Shown here: positions 56,192-64,000 of the stretch, piece by piece
Layout: each line of letters starts with the position of its first letter
Position numbering within the stretch: the first letter of the stretch is position 1
Assembly: GCF_009914755.1 (NCBI RefSeq)
Contig: NC_060937.1
Direction: 5' to 3' (one strand)
Length of the DNA: 64,000 nucleotides
Source: the human T2T-CHM13v2.0 reference genome, Homo sapiens
Made by a program: the position numbers and the translations under genes
The notes under the pieces: generated by a model
Seen by the model: the letters and a program-made list of their open reading frames with translations, nothing else
The model's database searches: none
What the model was told of the DNA's origin: nothing

Positions 56192-57010
56192 CAGCAAGTC
56201 CTGGAATAATGCCGTTTTGTTATAACATTGACGAGAAAAAGAAATCATAGCCAAAGCCACTGTGTGTATGGAGTTTACATGGTTTCCCCAAGTCTGCGTG
56301 AGTTTTTCTCCAGGTTTCCTCCCACATCCCAAATCTGGGCACATTAGGTTAACCGATGTGTCTAAATGGTCCCAGTCTGAGTGAATCTGGGTGTGTGTGA
56401 GTGTGCCATGCAATAGCGTGTCCAGAGCCGGTTCCCACTTGGGCCCCTGAGCTGCTGGATAGGTTCCAGTCATCTGCCACCCTGAACTGGATAAGCATGT
56501 TGGACAAGGAACAAATACATGAATGCAAATTACTGTAAAATAAAAATTTGTAAAGTTTATGATAATCATACAAATGCTGCAATACACAATGATGTCGTAC
56601 AAAAGTGCTCCATGAGCCTGCCATATTTGTGATTGGTTTTAACTGTATGGAGGTAGGAGGTGATCCTTACAAATTGCACTTTGCCAACATTCATTTCTTG
56701 ATTTCACCCACCACCACTACAACTGCCATCATTCGCTGATTCACCAAACAATGGGTAAATAATATCTTATTACTCTTTCTTCCTTATATGTATGTGAAGC
56801 TAACATTTATTTTAATGTTCAATATTACAAGTGGTTTTGGTCTTTATTTACATTTGGTGATGTTTTTGTGGCCAGAAATATGTCATAGGCACAGATCTCT
56901 TGCTTATATCAATTAGCCTATGGTAAAATTAATTTTGTTTCACATCTTCACTTAAAGTCAGTCAGTTCCCAAGAAGACCTATTGATCATGTTAAGTGAGG
57001 ACTTACTCTG
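56192..57010. mobile_element. MER6 (Tigger-type) DNA transposon fossil
   Basis: TA-CAGCAAGTCCT ... AGGACTTACT-CTG-TA inverted termini; internal gtctgcgtgagtttttctccaggtttcctcccacatcccaaa. Confidence 0.8.
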
Positions 57011-57060
57011 TACTAAGGATGAAGGGAGTCAAGCTGTGTCAGAAAAGGGAATTACAAATA

Positions 57061-58030
<970 letters not shown>

Positions 58031-58595
58031 TAAAAAGTCTGACATTGTCAAAGTAGAACATTTCTGAAAAGAAAACTATGCTTTCTTAAAATTAACAAAT
58101 TATAAACCATTGAAGAAAATAAAACATGGATCCATATTGATACAAGTAAATGAATAAATTGAGGGTTTTAGGAGGAAGAGAGATATTTACATAGTCTCAA
58201 ATTACCTCCCCACAGGATACTAAGTAACAGGACAAATCAAAATTGTAGGTCACATGATAAGATGCAATGAGACAATTACAGGATCACTTCTGTACAGGAT
58301 ATACTTGACCAAAGATGTAAAATCTCTTTGTTCCCCATACCTCAGCCTGACACAATATACCCATGTAACAAAGCTACACATGTACTCCCTGGAACTAAAG
58401 CTGAATTTTTAAAAAAGTATGATGTAAATTTAATCACAATGAAACACCAGAAACACCCAATTGACGAACATTCTACATTACTGGACTTTACTCTTTGAAA
58501 GATTCAAGGTTATAAGGTCAAGGGAAAACAGGAGCTGCTCCAGACAGAGTCTAAGAGACACAAGAACTAAATGCAATCCATGGTGGGTCTGAATG

Positions 58596-58718
58596 GATTA
58601 TATAATTTTTCTTAAAATCGGCACATATTCTCACGATGCTTTTCAAACTAGATCTTGATTTAGATGTAACTCATCAGTAGATTCTACATAGAAGACTCAG
58701 ATTCAAATTCAGCAGCAC
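58596..58718 (-). pseudogene. ANKRD26P2: ANKRD26-family unprocessed pseudogene, last coding exon (disabled)
   Basis: Minus strand ttttctttccag| then AAEFESESS / frameshift / STDELHLNQDLV*KAS*EYVPIL, versus recalled ANKRD26 C-terminus AAELESGSIASPLGSTDESNLNQDLVWKASREYVQVLKKNYMI. Confidence 0.8.
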
Positions 58719-59891
58719 CTGGAAAGAAAATGAAAGAATGATGCTCCTTACCTAAAATATTTCATAGTTAACTAAGTGTAAGTCAGTAAAAGAGAGTTGA
58801 GAACTTTATCTGTTTTAATAAGAAGGAAAAATATGTACGTATGACCATGATACAAAATTACTGTTTAATATTAAATATAATCTGCCCATAGTTGTGCATT
58901 GAACTGTCATTGTGGTTAAGTATCAGAGCTTTTGGTTTTTTCACTCTTCATTCCTGTATTCAGCAACCATGTGACAATAAGCAGTGGAGTTACAAGATGA
59001 AGATGAACAGTTCACTTCTCAAAAATCGTATGATACAACCTGAAAAAACAAACAGGCAATTTCTTTACAGAATCATAGATACCATGACAGGTATAAAACA
59101 GGACACTATTGGAACACACAGAAGGGACACCTATCCCAGTTTTGTGTCAATATTGCAGGCTTTTTGGTGGAGGCAATATGTAGGTTGATATCTGAAGGAC
59201 AAGGAAAAGATGTGGCACATAGAGGGAAGAAGCAAATGCAAAGAGATTAGAAAGAGCACTGTGGAATTCTATATAGTCCAGTTTGGCTGAATGCTAGAGC
59301 AAAGGGGTAGAGTAGGGTATGTGGCAAGAGACAAGGCTGAATAACTTGACAAGAACCAAACTGATGTAGGTGTTTTTATTGCATTCCAAGCAACTTAGAG
59401 CATTTCCTGAGTGCAAAAGTAAACCAATCACAAAATAAATAATTGGAGATTTTAAACATCACCTGTCAAGTAACTGTTTTTGAACTCTAATTGTTTGGCT
59501 AAGTATTACTAGATGACTCTGGTCTTTTGGACTTAAATTACTACCATGTCTTTGAGAAGCTGATGATGACTTTGTTTCTTGAGTGCAGTTTCAGTGTGCT
59601 AGCTGACAGTTCCCTAGGGATGGCAGAAATGAAGACGGTTTAGAGCCAGAACAAAAGAGATAGTTAGGTTCCTTGAGATTTTTTTAAAGCTATGGAACAT
59701 GATGAATTAATGAAGCATAAGTATATTCTCCATTATGAGTATTTATGTGTTTCTGTCTTTTATGAAATGTATATAGGAAAAAAAACTTACTGTAATACAA
59801 ACAGTGGAGAGGAAAGCCACTTGCTATTTATAGTTTATTTCAGGAATCAATTAATTAATCTAAATTTAATTAATTAATTTTGGCAACATAC

Positions 59892-59937
59892 GTTCTTCTA
59901 CTTCTCTAGTTATATTTTCTATCAACTCTTGCTGCAT
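59892..59937 (-). pseudogene. ANKRD26P2: ANKRD26-family unprocessed pseudogene, penultimate exon
   Basis: Minus strand tatttcag|ATG CAG CAA GAG TTG ATA GAA AAT ATA ACT AGA GAA GTA GAA GAA C|gtatgt = MQQELIENITREVEE, versus recalled ANKRD26 MQQELEKNITRELKE. 46 nt. The P2 symbol is from recalled map position. Confidence 0.8.
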
Positions 59938-61744
59938 CTGAAATAAGCCAAATATTCATAATGTTTAAGTTAAACAGAGAAATTATCATGAAAATGATAG
60001 ATCACTTATAAAATATGATCTTTCATACTTTTAGAGACAAGACCTAACTTGAGGATTGCGTAAATAGAAAAATTAACTACATAAACAAAATAAAAATCCT
60101 ACTTATTTTAAGTTTAGATAAAAGAGAATATATATGTGTAATGCTCTTGACATTAGTCTAATAAAAAGTGCAATTAATATTAGTCTATGGAATATACATC
60201 TTTCAGAAGGGCAACGTTTTCTTTTACTAGTTACAAAGGTTACACAATTCAAGTCATATTTTGCAACAAACGCATTATTTTCTAATTCTTAGCAAAACTC
60301 TGACCTTTATAAGAGTTCAATCAGTTTTTTCACTTTGGTAGAATTCTCCTTAAAATACACTTTCCATTTTCCTCTTTTGGAAAATTAAAATTTTAAATAC
60401 ATTCCATGTTATTAACTTTTCGGGACAGAATTTTAAATATGTACCTGAAGAAAGTGGTACTGTCACATAATATGTGAAAATTCTACTGGCAAAATATTAA
60501 GTAGAAATATTATTCTATCTGCATTGCAACTAATTTTTTTACATATGAATAAAAAATCTTCCTTTCCATATGGGAAACAAAGATTTTTAAAATTTACTTG
60601 AAAAAAGAATATAGATTAAAACCAGTTTACAAACTTGGTTTCTTTGTTTCATGACCTTCTAGAATTAGAAACAAAGAAAACAATATACAGCCTTTTAATT
60701 GTAACTTTTATGCTTTTCAAAAAGTAGTAGCATTTTTTGAAACATCTAATTAACTGTAGTTCTCTACTTAATTATGAAATTGTGTGGGGATACTTCAAAC
60801 TATATTGCAAGTGTTCCCATCTAGAATGTTTTTATTTAAATCTTTTGTGCAAAAGGTGTTCTCTCACTAAATGCCCAGAAAAGGTTCTAAAATTCTTTAC
60901 TAAACATAATATTTTTGGTGACAATGACAATATGATATACAATGCCTTTACAAGTTTTTTGACCAATAGCTTTTGCAATATTTTAAGAGATAGTTTTCCA
61001 TAATCTTTCTGTGATCATAACATTATAGACAGGCCTTATAAAACTAGTGACATGACAATAGAATTATGAGAAAAATTTTATAAAAGTGATAACTCAATAT
61101 CAGATAAAGGGAGAAGGCTTTATTGAAAGAAATTTACTTTATCATTAATGAACACTATGTAAAATGTACATTTTTACGTGACTTGAATTAAAAAACTCTT
61201 AAAGTAACATTGTTATCTTTTCCCCAAAAGTTCTTCTTATACTTCCTATCTGTAATAGATTGTATTAATTTCTTTATACCCCATTCACAAATACATTCAT
61301 AGTACATAAATTTTACTAGATAAAAATGAAGTACCTTTCTCATCAGCTTGCTTGTTTTTATGCTAAAGAAATAACTCTCTAGATAAAGAATATTTTTTGT
61401 ATAACAAATTTAAGTAGAGGACTTTTTTTCTCTTTTGGTAGAAGTAGTTGCCCAACCTTGGGATGGCCTCCTCCTACATACATTTTTTTTAGCCTTTCAC
61501 TGACCCTTGAACACTTTACCAGTTGCTGAGGGCAACTGCCTTTGGGTAAGAAACACCAGATCAGATATAAAAGCTCAGAGGGTAAAGAAACAGACTCAGA
61601 ACACGGGAGATGCTCTGAGAGGGGCACCCGAAAACACTGGAAAATGATCTTGAGTGTTAATGACTCCAGTGTTGTCCTGGCTGTTGGGAGGCTGCGGTGG
61701 TTTTACCCATATTCACAAGGGGGAAATGAAAACTATTAAATAAC

Positions 61745-62089
<345 letters not shown>

Positions 62090-62571
62090 TTAAATCACAC
62101 ATTTTCCTCACATTTCTGTGAATAGAAATTCAGAACTTTTATCCCTGGAATTTTTACTGAGTGACTTAATACAGTACCTGGCACAGATTATGGAAAGGAA
62201 AAGGAGAGAAAAATGTCTTGGTGACATTAATCATTGTCCTGTTTGGTTAGAAAAGGGTGCCATTAATGGCTTTTGAAGTGTGTAGAATAATAGCCTAGCA
62301 GAAAATAAATATTGCCAGAGGAAATAGAAAAGCTTAATAAACTGCTAATTTTTATGTTATGCATAATACTAAATCAAAAGTTCCGTTAGTTCTGTATGGA
62401 GTGAAATACTTAAATATTTTAAATAAAAACGCTCCTGCTTTCTCCATGGCCTGTTTATTTCCAGCTTGAGATTATGTTTCAGTTGGTGGAGGTAGCTTGA
62501 AGTCCAACATTAATAAGGAAAGCACAACCGCAACTTTGTTTATACTTTTTTATTTAAAAAAAAAGTAAATA

Positions 62572-62885
<314 letters not shown>

Positions 62886-62906
62886 TAGAACAAAGCCAGG
62901 AAATCA

Positions 62907-63300
62907 TGTTGCCAGAGGGCTCAGGAGGGTCTCCAGATACCTGTGAGACCGCAGCCCCACCTGGCGTCCAGATTCTTGACACCATCACTACGAAGAATTC
63001 AGGGACAAAGGCTCAAGAAGCTTTTATTGCAAAGTGAAAGTACACACAGGAGAAGAGGACAGATGTGTCCGTGACAATGAGTCATGCACAACAGAATTTG
63101 GGGTTTCTGATTTTACGGGTGTTCAATTGAAAGGTGGAATCATCATTAGATATTCTGAAAAAGGAGGGGATATCAGGGACCTCTGCTAACCACCCCCTTT
63201 CTCCCTTGTTTGGGTTTCCTCAGAAGAGTCATGGACATGCCACCTTGACCGGGATTTTGGCCATTTTCTCTCTCTTAGTTTTATTGCCCTAAATTCTAGC
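62907..63300 (-). mobile_element. Probable ERV LTR fragment, family unassigned
   Basis: tgttgccag start, tccagattcttgac, aagaattc and ttttattgcaaagtgaaagtacac resemble reversed ERV1 LTR 3' ends. Right boundary uncertain. Confidence 0.4.
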
Positions 63301-64000
63301 CATACCAATGGCTTTCAGTGCTCCAAATACATCCCTCCATGCCTGGGTACTTTAGCCATGCTTTCCCCAGTCAGTGATGGTGGGCTAGGCACCTTCCAAG
63401 GCAAATGCTCACATACTCTCAGGACCTACCTCTAACACTTCCAGGGCCATGACTCAGAGGTTCCTCCAGAAGCCATGTAGATTACTCCCCAATTCCCCTT
63501 ACTCCATGCATCTCGTACATCTCTATTCAATGCCATACCATACTGAATTAGAATTGCCTGTTTTAAGAGTGTTTCACAGGCACTCTTGTAGATGCATTTC
63601 AAAACTCTGAAAAGTGACTGATACGGAGCTGGTCTTGACTCAATAAATCCCTCAATCTTTTCTCCCGGTCCCATCACCTTGCCTACGTTTTTCTCTTGCC
63701 TGAGCCTTAACAGGTAGCACTCACTGTCTTCTGGGATGGCTCTGCTTATAAGATTCTTGAGGATGCCATTCAGAAATACTTGTATTTAAAGAGTATGTGA
63801 GATGATGAATTTGCTTAACTGTAATAATCATTTCACTATGTATAAATATGTCAATATATCATGTTGTGCTTCTTAAATTTATACAATTAATAAACTAAAA
63901 CTTTTTTTAAAAGCCAAAACTAATTGTGTTTAGGAAACCAATTTAGAGATTTTAAAAATTAGCCCTCAAAGACATTTTCAAGCATGTTCTTTCACCACCC

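Noticed and set aside
60639-60679. 12-bp inverted repeat tttctttgtttc / gaaacaaagaaa
   Set aside because: The arms are low complexity in very AT-rich sequence, so chance is likely.

Overview
Human (primate) genomic DNA, not prokaryotic. Bases ~412-35865 hold the 3' half of FREM2 (FRAS1-related extracellular matrix protein 2) on the + strand. I traced 14 coding exons with GT-AG boundaries whose phases splice into one open frame of 2768 nt. By recall these are exons 11-24 of 24. They encode the last Calx-beta domain, the FRAS1/FREM2-type C-terminal ectodomain, furin-type sites, one transmembrane helix and a PDZ-binding tail (SSEV), followed by a ~6.3 kb 3' UTR. The downstream ~28 kb is intergenic and packed with Alu, L1, L2/MIR, solo ERV LTRs and Tigger/MER DNA-transposon fossils, several nested. 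The main item the ORF track misses is two minus-strand exons (59892-59937, ~58596-58718) of a decayed, intron-containing ANKRD26-family pseudogene, probably ANKRD26P2. I found no evidence of a new biological system; the findings are structural or regulatory curiosities. Repeat family names, exon numbers and variant names come from my recall of consensus and reference sequences, not from a search.
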